From assembly GCF_003334335.1 (NCBI RefSeq), contig NZ_QOWQ01000007.1: 64,000 nucleotides of DNA; one strand, 5' to 3'. A program made the translations under genes and the position numbers. Positions within the stretch are counted from its first letter, which is position 1. Every line of letters begins with the position of its first letter. The notes beneath the pieces were generated by a model. That model made no database searches, was not told the DNA's origin, and worked only from the letters and a program-made list of their open reading frames with translations. Shown here one piece after another: positions 48,080 through 56,789 of this stretch. This stretch comes from Escherichia coli (GTDB lineage: Bacteria > Pseudomonadota > Gammaproteobacteria > Enterobacterales > Enterobacteriaceae).

Positions 48080-49057
48080 ATGGAAAAGAGAATGACGAAA
48101 CAGAAAAAAAACAGCCGCTGGCAGGGTTACGATCCTCGCTACATATACTCGCTCGTGGTCAGACGTTATTTTGCGGATATGAAAACCAAGATTGAGATTG
48201 CAGAGGAGCTTGGCGTTTCCCGCTTTAAAGTTGCCAGATTGATCGATGAGGCGATCGAACAGGATTACGTGAGGTTTATCTTCCCTAAGCAGCAAGCGAT
48301 GGATGAAGAAATCGCCAGTAATTTACGGAAAAAATTTCATCTGGAAGATGCAATTGTTCTTTCAGTTGCTGAATCCTGGACGACGCAAGAAGAACTCAAT
48401 CACAAATTGGGTGAAGTCACCGCTGAATATCTTATGCAATCTCTTCATGAAGGTATGAAAGTGGGGATCGCCTGGGGGCGTGTATTATCAAGCACGGTCA
48501 GTAAGTTGAGCAAGTTGCCTCCTTTAGACGTTGTGCAGTTATCTGGCGTACATCCGGGGATTGAGTTCAGTCAAGGGCCAATAGATCTTATTCATAAGAT
48601 CGCTGCCATTTCGCAGGGAAAAGCGCACCCAATGTACGTGCCGATGTGGGTCGATGACGAAGAGCTTGCTGCCAGACTGGCAGGTGATCCTGCGGTATTA
48701 GATACACAGCAATATTACTCACAGTTGGATGTGGTTATCACCGGGATAGGTGACTGGAAATCAGGTTCTTCAAGCTTGTGTAAAATATTTCCGGATACCT
48801 GGTGCGAAGCGTTGTTTCAACAAGATATCGCTGCGGATGTGTGTATCTCGTTGGTCAACAGGGAAGGGAAGATTCTTCATAGTCCTATTGAACGTCTGGG
48901 ATTTGGCATTTCGACGGATCAACTACAAAAAGCCAAAAAAGTGATTGGTGTCGCTGGAGGAGAAGAAAAATATGAAGGCATCCTTGCTTCGCTGAAATCC
49001 GGACTTTTGAATGTCTTAATTACTGATTTTGATACGGCCATTAAACTTCTGGATTAA
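48080..49057 (+). CDS. SorC/DeoR-type transcriptional regulator (N-terminal HTH, C-terminal sugar-phosphate-binding domain)
   Basis: 325 aa; HTH region IEIAEELGVSRFKVARLIDEA followed by a SorC-like effector domain; start could also be the ATG at 48092. Confidence 0.8.
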   Translation: MEKRMTKQKKNSRWQGYDPRYIYSLVVRRYFADMKTKIEIAEELGVSRFKVARLIDEAIEQDYVRFIFPKQQAMDEEIASNLRKKFHLEDAIVLSVAESWTTQEELNHKLGEVTAEYLMQSLHEGMKVGIAWGRVLSSTVSKLSKLPPLDVVQLSGVHPGIEFSQGPIDLIHKIAAISQGKAHPMYVPMWVDDEELAARLAGDPAVLDTQQYYSQLDVVITGIGDWKSGSSSLCKIFPDTWCEALFQQDIAADVCISLVNREGKILHSPIERLGFGISTDQLQKAKKVIGVAGGEEKYEGILASLKSGLLNVLITDFDTAIKLLD

Positions 49058-49075
49058 TAGCCATATCAGTGAAGA

Positions 49076-49106
49076 AAGGGCAGTACCGCTGATTCTGCCC
49101 TTTTAA
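49076..49106. terminator. Bidirectional terminator between the convergent regulator gene and the PTS operon
   Basis: gggcag-taccgctgatt-ctgccc hairpin followed by tttt. Confidence 0.6.
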
Positions 49107-49108
49107 TT

Positions 49109-49567
49109 TCAGGATGCTTCGAGCGTATCCTCTACATATTTAGCCACGCGCGTTGCAGGTAAATTGCGGCAAGTCTCAACAAAGGCGTTATCCTGAAACA
49201 GTGTGAATAAACGACGCAATATCGACATATGTTGATCACTGGTGGCAAATGCCAGGTTAAACATAATGCTACAATCAACTGTTAAATCAGCATCTTCCAT
49301 TTGCCCGAAAGTGACATCATTGGCGAAACGAACAATACTGATACTGTTGACATTTACCAGCGTGTAATCGGCATGGGGAATGGCGATACCCTGACCGTTT
49401 GCCATCATTAGTCCTGTCGGATAGCTTTTTTCACGTTTCAGACAGGCGTCAATGTATTCTGCAGTGATATAGCCTTTTTCCAATAATTGCGTACCAGCAA
49501 AGGTGATCGCCGTTTGATAGTCACTGATGCTGTTATCAACATCATTCACCAGAATTTCAAATTTCAT
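49109..49567 (-). CDS. PTS enzyme IIA component (galactitol-family PTS)
   Basis: 152 aa; phosphorylatable His context GQGIAIPHADYTL typical of PTS EIIA type 2. Confidence 0.85.
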   Translation of the reverse strand: MKFEILVNDVDNSISDYQTAITFAGTQLLEKGYITAEYIDACLKREKSYPTGLMMANGQGIAIPHADYTLVNVNSISIVRFANDVTFGQMEDADLTVDCSIMFNLAFATSDQHMSILRRLFTLFQDNAFVETCRNLPATRVAKYVEDTLEAS

Positions 49568-49577
49568 TGCACACCTG

Positions 49578-49862
49578 TTATTTCAACATCTCTTCTTTAA
49601 CTGCAGCGAAAATCTCATCTTCGCCCAGACCAGTCAGTAATCCAGCGCCAACGATGACACGAGTAGTAATGGCCGGGTTATCGAGTTTGGTCGATGAAAC
49701 CACCAGGTCATAGCTGTTGAAGGTATCGCTGGTGCATGCCATTAACGAAGATTTATCGACTTGCGCTTCAATTTTCTCTTCTTTCAGGAAGTCCTGCAGT
49801 ACAGAGACCATGATGGAAGATGAGGCAATTCCGTTTCCGCAAACTACTAAGATTTTTTTCAT
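49578..49862 (-). CDS. PTS enzyme IIB component (GatB-like)
   Basis: 94 aa; MKKILVVCGNGIASSSIM with the active-site Cys near the N-terminus. Confidence 0.85.
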   Translation of the reverse strand: MKKILVVCGNGIASSSIMVSVLQDFLKEEKIEAQVDKSSLMACTSDTFNSYDLVVSSTKLDNPAITTRVIVGAGLLTGLGEDEIFAAVKEEMLK

Positions 49863-49885
49863 TTGATTATTCCTCTGTAAAAGAT

Positions 49886-51256
49886 TTAAAGCGCTTTTTC
49901 CAAATCCGTTTCAATCTGGCGACGTGATTTTTGTTTAATTAAGTATCCAATAGATAACAAAAGGATACCTGCCATCAAATAGCCAATGATTCCAACATGG
50001 CTCAGGGCGGCAAACAGACCAGTAAATGGATTCGCTGACGGGTTAAGTGAAGAGTACATTACGCTGGCATCCGGGTTTGTACCAAATTTCTGGAAGACTT
50101 CGTTGGTAGCCGGTGCCATCCACGACGCAATATACAGACCACCACCGAACAATATGATCGAGGTCACCCAGGTGCGAATAATGTTGCCATTAAAAACAGG
50201 TACCATGCAGGCAATGAAAAACACAAACTGAGAGAGGTCACCCAGTGGCATAACGCGGTTGCCGGGCAAGATCACGGCGAGGATCACAATCACCGGGATC
50301 AGCAATAATGCAGGGGCGATAACTGATGGATGGCCCACAATCAGAGCAGTGTCCATACCAACAGTGATTTGACGATCCGGGAACCGTTTGACCAGTTTTT
50401 TGCGTGCTACGTTGGAAAGCGGAACAAGTCCTTCCATCATGATAGAGGTCATACGTGGTAACAGAAGCATGACCGCAGCCAGATACATCCCTAACTGTAG
50501 GCTGGCGATTATGGTGTGGTATGGGGATTTCCAGCCATAACCACAAAAGCCCAATAAAATACCAATAATAAAACCAACCATAGTTGGATCGCCGAGAATG
50601 CCAAACCGTTTCTGAATAGTTTCGGCGGTCACATTCAGATTACGGAAGCCTGGGATGCGATCATAAATCCAGTTGAATGGATAAGCGAAAAGTAAGTAGG
50701 TATTGGCAACCGGGTGAGAGATCGCAACACCTTTTGGCAGGTTAAAGAATTTTTCGTTATTTTTAGCACCAAGATCGGCAGCGATCAGCGCCCAGACATG
50801 GAATAGCGCGGCGGTCAATGCGCCATACAGGAAGCTACCAGAATAGACGCCAACAATTGCCCCCATTGACGCATTTTGATGAAGATTGAAGACATCAACG
50901 TTAACACAGTCAGTCAGGCGGGCGACCAGCATTGCAATATTTACCGCAACACAGAGGGGAATAATGATAGCGCCCATGCTGGAGCCAAATCCCATAACCG
51001 CAGTCGCTGCGCCACCAACATCGATGGCACTGAGCGAGGAACCTGTTGCTTCTGCTAATCCGGTGACTGCCGGTTGCATTTTTTCCAGCATCAGTTTGAT
51101 GGTCATGGTTAACGCAATGAAACCAATGCCGACTTTGATGGCAGACGAGATACATTCTGAAAGAGGACGGCCAAGTATCTTCATCAGTACCAGAAAGATG
51201 ACCGGGATAAATATAAAATTTCCCAGATCGTTTATAAATTGCGTGATCAGTTCCAT
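49886..51256 (-). CDS. PTS enzyme IIC permease (GatC/SgcC family)
   Basis: 456 aa; shares blocks with GatC as I recall it (IGIGF, VNVDVFN, IQKRFG, MEGLVP, LIVGHPSV, PGNRVMPLGDL). Confidence 0.85.
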   Translation of the reverse strand: MELITQFINDLGNFIFIPVIFLVLMKILGRPLSECISSAIKVGIGFIALTMTIKLMLEKMQPAVTGLAEATGSSLSAIDVGGAATAVMGFGSSMGAIIIPLCVAVNIAMLVARLTDCVNVDVFNLHQNASMGAIVGVYSGSFLYGALTAALFHVWALIAADLGAKNNEKFFNLPKGVAISHPVANTYLLFAYPFNWIYDRIPGFRNLNVTAETIQKRFGILGDPTMVGFIIGILLGFCGYGWKSPYHTIIASLQLGMYLAAVMLLLPRMTSIMMEGLVPLSNVARKKLVKRFPDRQITVGMDTALIVGHPSVIAPALLLIPVIVILAVILPGNRVMPLGDLSQFVFFIACMVPVFNGNIIRTWVTSIILFGGGLYIASWMAPATNEVFQKFGTNPDASVMYSSLNPSANPFTGLFAALSHVGIIGYLMAGILLLSIGYLIKQKSRRQIETDLEKAL

Positions 51257-51259
51257 ACA

Positions 51260-51796
51260 TTAACCCTCAGATTTTTCATCATCTGGTCGGAAACCCATAT
51301 TCCAGCGTACATCAGCGGGCTTAACCAGCAATGCATTATCGTTACGTTCAGCTTCTAGCAAGTTCTTTTTAGAATTTTCTCTGGCGGTGGTGAAGTCGAA
51401 TGGGTTATCCAACCATGCATCGACAATCATTTTGCTGTATTCGAGATCGTTGACCCGGCAACCCAGTCCAATAACTTGTGCGTTATTGCTGAGTCGCGCC
51501 CGCTTTGCGGAGTAGGGGTTAGTAACCGCAACGGCTCTTATGCCCCAGTGTTTGTTGATCTGACAAGTAAAGCCAATGCCAGTCCCACAAATGTAAATTC
51601 CCAGACGGCACTCATCGCGTTGAATAATGCCTGCCATTTCGTCGGCCAGACGCGCGAAGTTATTGACACCTTGTTCCTTACATGTGACGGGATCGTACAC
51701 GATCTCCATGTTTTTCTCTTCTATGAGGTATTTTTTTATCTCCTCTTTACGTGCAAAACCTACATCATCGCTTGCGATAGCAATCTTTGTTTTCAT
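51260..51796 (-). CDS. RpiB/LacA/LacB-family sugar-phosphate isomerase (ribose-5-P isomerase B / allose-6-P isomerase-like) with a C-terminal extension
   Basis: 178 aa; IYICGTGIGFTCQINK...IRAVAVTNPYSAKRARLSNNAQVIGLGCRV...KMIVDAWL aligns with E. coli RpiB blocks from memory; ~30 extra C-terminal residues. Confidence 0.8.
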   Translation of the reverse strand: MKTKIAIASDDVGFARKEEIKKYLIEEKNMEIVYDPVTCKEQGVNNFARLADEMAGIIQRDECRLGIYICGTGIGFTCQINKHWGIRAVAVTNPYSAKRARLSNNAQVIGLGCRVNDLEYSKMIVDAWLDNPFDFTTARENSKKNLLEAERNDNALLVKPADVRWNMGFRPDDEKSEG

Positions 51797-52144
51797 TTCA
51801 TTTTGCCTGTCGTTAAGTAACTAAAGCCAAGTATGCTGTTGGTAAATATTGGTTGTCAATTGAGATCTGAATCACAAAATTTATAACTAATTGATTTTAA
51901 TGGTATTAAAAACCAATAAAAACAAATAAAAAATAAATTAAGCCAATTGAGACAAATTGGGATTGTACAGTGGCGTTGTAATGAATAATAAAAACTCATT
52001 TATTATCAATCGGATATATGGTTTTTGAACTGTTGTCTTTATTGGGTTTATTTGTACTTTCCACTGTTAGTGTTTGTTTTTGTTTGCATCATCTGTGCTA
52101 TGCTTGGCGTTTTCTAAGATGGGTAATAGATTTCAGGAGGAAGG

Positions 52145-52900
52145 ATGTATCTGGTTGATGAAAGGCGAAAGTTAATACTTGAAGACTTAATGTCGGCAGG
52201 TACGGTCTATGTCAGTGATCTTGCACGAAAGTATGAAGTAACGTATGAGACCATCAGGAAAGATTTGACCCATCTTGAACAAAAAGGGCTGCTGATCAAA
52301 AGCCATGGTGGGGCGACTTTAAAGCAAAGGGCTATAGAGCATCCCTTTCAGGTCAGGGAAAAAGAAAATAACTCTTATAAGAAGGCGATAGCTCGTAAAG
52401 CGCTTGATTTCATTCCGCCTAATAGTTCGATGATTATCGGTACGGGCAGTACCACTTTTGAGCTGGCTAACCTGTTATGTATGAAGTCTGGGTTTAAAAT
52501 CTTCACAGATTCGCTCCCCGTTGCCAGTGTGTTGATTGAATCTGACAACCAGGTTTTTCTCTTTGGCGGCGAACTGCGTAGAAAGAGTTCCTCAGTGTTT
52601 GGGGGGTGGGCGGTATCTATGATCAACGATATACATGTTGATCTCTGTTTTATTGGAACCGACGGCTTTAGTAACATGACTGGTCCATCGACGCCTTCTT
52701 CTTCTGATGCGTTTTTGGATCGTACGATAATTTCGCACTCAGACAAAAAATATATCCTCGGTGATTACACCAAGTTTGAGCGCAGCAGTTTATTTAAGAT
52801 CTGCGACTGGTCGGAGATCACCGCCCTTATAACCAACGATCATGCCGACAAAGAGGGGATTGCCGAAGTCGCAAAATACACGTCAGTAATAACCTGTTAG
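52145..52900 (+). CDS. DeoR-family transcriptional regulator
   Basis: 251 aa; N-terminal HTH (RRKLILEDLMSAGTVYVSDLARKYEVTYETIRKDLTHLEQKGLL) and DeoR C-terminal sugar-phosphate sensor domain. Confidence 0.85.
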   Translation: MYLVDERRKLILEDLMSAGTVYVSDLARKYEVTYETIRKDLTHLEQKGLLIKSHGGATLKQRAIEHPFQVREKENNSYKKAIARKALDFIPPNSSMIIGTGSTTFELANLLCMKSGFKIFTDSLPVASVLIESDNQVFLFGGELRRKSSSVFGGWAVSMINDIHVDLCFIGTDGFSNMTGPSTPSSSDAFLDRTIISHSDKKYILGDYTKFERSSLFKICDWSEITALITNDHADKEGIAEVAKYTSVITC

Positions 52901-53065
52901 AACTCACTACGACACGCCTTCTCCCTTCGAATCAGCTTTGCCAAATGTAATCATTTCCCAATTATCAAGTGAGCATCCATGGCGATGCTTGCTTAGCGCC
53001 CTCTATTGAATACATCCTCTGCCTATTGCCAGTTTCAGTTACTTTTTTGCGAAGAAATCACGATT

Positions 53066-53204
53066 TGCTCATATGAGCATAAATACTGACGCCATTATGT
53101 GCTTTTTTGTGATCTGGATTTAATTTCTCAGATCTCGTTATTTATCCACAGGATCGTTGTGCTATAACTGCTCATATGAATATTGTTCAATGCTCATGTG
53201 AGCA
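53066..53204 (+). promoter_or_regulatory. Promoter/operator region of the second PTS operon with three copies of a TGCTCAT-type palindrome
   Basis: TGCTCATATGAGCA (53066-53079, perfect palindrome), TGCTCATATGAA (53169-53180), TGCTCATGTGAGCA (53191-53204), the last one ~10 nt upstream of the RBS. Confidence 0.5.
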
Positions 53205-53227
53205 TTTTTGGGTGAGGGGGAAAGGAT

Positions 53228-53671
53228 ATGATATCGATCAGTGTTGCCGATGGTGCGGGACTGCAGAATTACGATGCCGTGCTTGAGCATATTTTTAACA
53301 CGCACCGTACAACGAATACGGTGAAAGAGAGCTGGCTCAATGCTATGCGTAAACGCGAAGCGGAATATCCGACAGGAATAGAACTGGAAGGTTATTCTAT
53401 CGCTATACCACACTGTGATAGTGAACATGCGAATCAACCTGCTATTTATATCATCCGTCTGCCAGACGCAATACCTGTGAACAGGGCTGATGAAGATGGA
53501 ATATTGTGGGTCAGACTCGTCGTTAATCTTATTGTTACGGATCCTGCTGACCAGCTTCGATTGTTAAAGTCATTATTTAACCATCTCCAAAATGAAGAAT
53601 TTTACCAAAACTTACTGACACTTCCCGTCGATGATGCAAAAGCACTTTTTGTATCCAAAATAATCCAATAG
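53228..53671 (+). CDS. PTS enzyme IIA component (GatA-like)
   Basis: 147 aa; EYPTGIELEGYSIAIPHCDSEHA parallels the GatA active-site region. Confidence 0.85.
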   Translation: MISISVADGAGLQNYDAVLEHIFNTHRTTNTVKESWLNAMRKREAEYPTGIELEGYSIAIPHCDSEHANQPAIYIIRLPDAIPVNRADEDGILWVRLVVNLIVTDPADQLRLLKSLFNHLQNEEFYQNLLTLPVDDAKALFVSKIIQ

Positions 53672-53689
53672 TAAAAACTGGAGTTTATT

Positions 53690-53983
53690 ATGATTAATAT
53701 TCTTGTTGCTTGTGGTAGCGGTGTCGCTACCTCTACGCTTGCTGCTGATGAAGTGAAGTCAGTATGTGCTGAATATGGTATTACGGCATTTAAAATCAAC
53801 AAATGCAGTATGGCTGAACTTTCTTCTGAGATGGCTCATGCAGATATTGTACTCACAACTAATAACTATAAAGGTGATATTGGGAAACCACATATGAGCG
53901 TTGCAGGTTTTGTAACGGGCATTAATGAAGGAGCATTACGCAAGAAATTAGGAGAGTTATTAACTGAATTAGCAAATAGCTAA
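53690..53983 (+). CDS. PTS enzyme IIB component (GatB-like)
   Basis: 97 aa; MINILVACGSGVATSTLAADEVK with the active-site Cys. Confidence 0.87.
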   Translation: MINILVACGSGVATSTLAADEVKSVCAEYGITAFKINKCSMAELSSEMAHADIVLTTNNYKGDIGKPHMSVAGFVTGINEGALRKKLGELLTELANS

Positions 53984-54003
53984 ACCTGACAGGAATAATA
54001 AAA

Positions 54004-55257
54004 ATGGAAATGTTGAAAAATTTAATGGAAACAATCACCGGAATGGGGGCAACTGCAATACTGCCGCTGGTGATATTTATTTTAGGTCTGGTGTTCAGAA
54101 TGAAACCAGGTGCCGCAATCAAGTCGGGCATCACAGTCGGTATTGGTTTTATTGGTTTAGGTCTGGTTGTTGGTTTATTAAATAGTTCATTACAGCCAGC
54201 TATTGAGTATTACTCAAAAGTAGGTAGTGGTTTTACGGTTGCAGATATTGGTTGGCCAGCAGTCGGTGCTGCTGCATGGGTGGCACCTTTTGCCGCATTA
54301 GTGATACCAGTTGGCATCGTACTTAACCTGATTCTGGTGCGTCTGAAATTAACCAAAACGTTAAATGTTGATATCTGGAACTATATGCATTTTTTAGTTC
54401 CGGGCGCTCTGGCATATTTTGTGTTCGATAGTTTTATCATCGGCTTCTCTGTCGCGGTGGCTTTGAGTATTGCGGCTCTGTTTATTGGCGATTTGATTGC
54501 TCCCAGATGGCAAAAATATTATGGACTCGAGGGAACAACCTGTACCACGATGATTCATATCGGCTGGACTCTACCGTTCGCTTGGGTAGTAAATAAAATC
54601 ATTGATTACATCCCAGGGTTAAATAAGTTAGATGTTGACTTAAACAGTGTGCAAAAACGCCTGGGTGTCTTTGGTGAACCTGCAATTATCGGTGTTATCG
54701 TTGGCGCATTACTCGGAGTTTTAACGAAACAGGCAATTACCACAATTGTTCCCATGGCGATGGGGGCTGCTGGCGTCATGGTGTTGTTACCAAAAGTTGT
54801 TGGTGTGCTGATGGAAGGTCTTAACCCAATAGGGAAAAGTGCCAAAGAAATCATGCAAAAACAGATGGGTAAAGATGCTGAATTAAACATCGGTATGGAT
54901 TGTGCTCTAGCGTTGGGGGATCCGGCGACGGTCACCGTGACAGTAATTACCATTCCTTTAACCATGCTATGTGCTCTGGTATTGCCTGATATTAAGATCT
55001 TCCCAATTGGCGTATTGATGTCAATTATTTATATGACCACCATGACCGTAATGGCGAGCAACGGTAACGTGATTCGTTCGATTATCTCGACCTTGTTATT
55101 CTGCGTTGTAGTGATGTATTTAGGCGGTTATGTCGCACCAGGGGCAACGCAATTTTTAGCTGGAGCCGGTGTAGGCTTGCAAGGACAAGGTACTGATTTT
55201 GTATTAACCGGCCCGTGGGAAATTTTAACCTATTGGTTGAGTACCGTATTACATTGA
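54004..55257 (+). CDS. PTS enzyme IIC permease (GatC/SgcC family)
   Basis: 417 aa; VGIGFIGLGLVVGLL, LNVDIWN, VQKRLGVFGEPAIIGV, MEGLNPIG blocks. Confidence 0.87.
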   Translation: MEMLKNLMETITGMGATAILPLVIFILGLVFRMKPGAAIKSGITVGIGFIGLGLVVGLLNSSLQPAIEYYSKVGSGFTVADIGWPAVGAAAWVAPFAALVIPVGIVLNLILVRLKLTKTLNVDIWNYMHFLVPGALAYFVFDSFIIGFSVAVALSIAALFIGDLIAPRWQKYYGLEGTTCTTMIHIGWTLPFAWVVNKIIDYIPGLNKLDVDLNSVQKRLGVFGEPAIIGVIVGALLGVLTKQAITTIVPMAMGAAGVMVLLPKVVGVLMEGLNPIGKSAKEIMQKQMGKDAELNIGMDCALALGDPATVTVTVITIPLTMLCALVLPDIKIFPIGVLMSIIYMTTMTVMASNGNVIRSIISTLLFCVVVMYLGGYVAPGATQFLAGAGVGLQGQGTDFVLTGPWEILTYWLSTVLH

Positions 55258-55279
55258 TTTAATAATCTGGAGTTTTAAC

Positions 55280-55924
55280 ATGGCAAAAATATTACCTTCT
55301 ATATTTGGCGCGGATATTTTACGCCTGAAAGATGAAATTCATTTTCTGGAAGAGGAACAAACCGAAATATTGCACGTTGATTTAATGGATGGCACATACG
55401 TCAGTAATATAGCCTTTGGCCCAAATCAAATTGCAGCAATGAAAAAAGCCAGTTCGATGATCTTTGACGTGCACATGATGCTGGCAAAACCTGAGCGACA
55501 TATTGATGATGTAATCAATACCGGGGCGGAGATGATTTCTGTACATTATGAATCGACGCCACATGTACATTATATTATTCAAAAAATCAAAAAAGCGGGT
55601 CGCAAAGCAGGTGTAGTGCTTAACCCTGGGACACCTGAATCTGTCATCGAGTATTTATTAGATGATATTGATTATATATTGTTAATGACAATTAACCCCG
55701 GGCAACCAGGCCAGACATTTATTCACAAAAGTCTGGAGAAAATCCGTAATGCCAAAAAAATGATATCTGGTAGAGATATTCAAATTGAAGTGGATGGTGG
55801 CGTTAATCTTGATAATGTAAAACAAGTTAAAGAAGCAGGGGCTGACCTTATTGTTGTTGGTGGTGCCTTATTTAACAAACAGCCTCGTGAAAGTTATCAG
55901 GCATTAAAAATCGCTGTTCAGTGA
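55280..55924 (+). CDS. Ribulose-phosphate 3-epimerase family enzyme (AlsE/SgcE-like ketose-phosphate 3-epimerase)
   Basis: 214 aa; HVDLMDG metal-binding motif and overall Rpe-like layout. Confidence 0.82.
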   Translation: MAKILPSIFGADILRLKDEIHFLEEEQTEILHVDLMDGTYVSNIAFGPNQIAAMKKASSMIFDVHMMLAKPERHIDDVINTGAEMISVHYESTPHVHYIIQKIKKAGRKAGVVLNPGTPESVIEYLLDDIDYILLMTINPGQPGQTFIHKSLEKIRNAKKMISGRDIQIEVDGGVNLDNVKQVKEAGADLIVVGGALFNKQPRESYQALKIAVQ

Positions 55925-56021
55925 TCACAATCTAAAAATTTCACATCCAGTTAAGTGAGGTTTTCGATTTCATATCGGGAGGAAAACCTCAGCTAAAAAA
56001 TGTCTTTAATGGAGAAAAGTA

Positions 56022-56774
56022 ATGAGTAATTTTGCAGGTAAAGTGGTTTTAGTTACCGGAGGTGCTCACGGTATTGGCAAAGGGATAGCTAAACAATTTG
56101 CTGATCGTGGCGCACATACTGTTATTGTTGACTATAACGAAGAGAACGGCAAGGCCACTGCAGCAGAGTTAACTTTTGGTGAAGTTAAATCGTTGTTTAT
56201 TAAAACAGATGTCTCCGATCCACAGGCATTAGTGGATGTACGGGAAAAGGTATTTGCTACCTTTGGTCGCATTGATGTGTTGATATTAAATGCCGGTGTG
56301 GCATTTGCCAATAAAGTTAACAATATTTCTTTTGAGGAATGGAATAAGACTATCGCAATTAACTTATCGGGATTATTTAATACCGTTAAGGCGTTTTATG
56401 ATGATTTCCTGACAAATAAGGGATCTATTGTTTATATCTCATCGGGATCAGCACTTTCGGGGACTGGGGGCGGTGTGAGTTATCCTGCCAGTAAAGCGGG
56501 AGGCGAAGGATTGATTCGTGGTCTGGCAAAAGAGTTAGGACCAAAAGGCGTCAATGTTAATGCGATTGCTCCCCGCTTAATAGACACCGGAGAGATGATG
56601 CGGGTCAACTATCCAACACAAGCCGATTTAGACGCTGTCCTGGAAAAAATACCCGTCCGTCGTCTGGGGACTATCGATGATGTGGCTAACCTGGCAATAT
56701 TTTTGGCAGATAAAGATAACTCTTATATTCAGGGACAAACCATTTTAATGGATGGTGGCCGGACTATTGCTTAA
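56022..56774 (+). CDS. Short-chain dehydrogenase/reductase (SDR); candidate polyol-phosphate or sugar-phosphate dehydrogenase
   Basis: 250 aa; TGGAHGIGKG cofactor motif, catalytic YxxxK (YPASK), NAG motif. Confidence 0.85.
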   Translation: MSNFAGKVVLVTGGAHGIGKGIAKQFADRGAHTVIVDYNEENGKATAAELTFGEVKSLFIKTDVSDPQALVDVREKVFATFGRIDVLILNAGVAFANKVNNISFEEWNKTIAINLSGLFNTVKAFYDDFLTNKGSIVYISSGSALSGTGGGVSYPASKAGGEGLIRGLAKELGPKGVNVNAIAPRLIDTGEMMRVNYPTQADLDAVLEKIPVRRLGTIDDVANLAIFLADKDNSYIQGQTILMDGGRTIA

Positions 56775-56789
56775 AAAGGGAGAGAAAAA

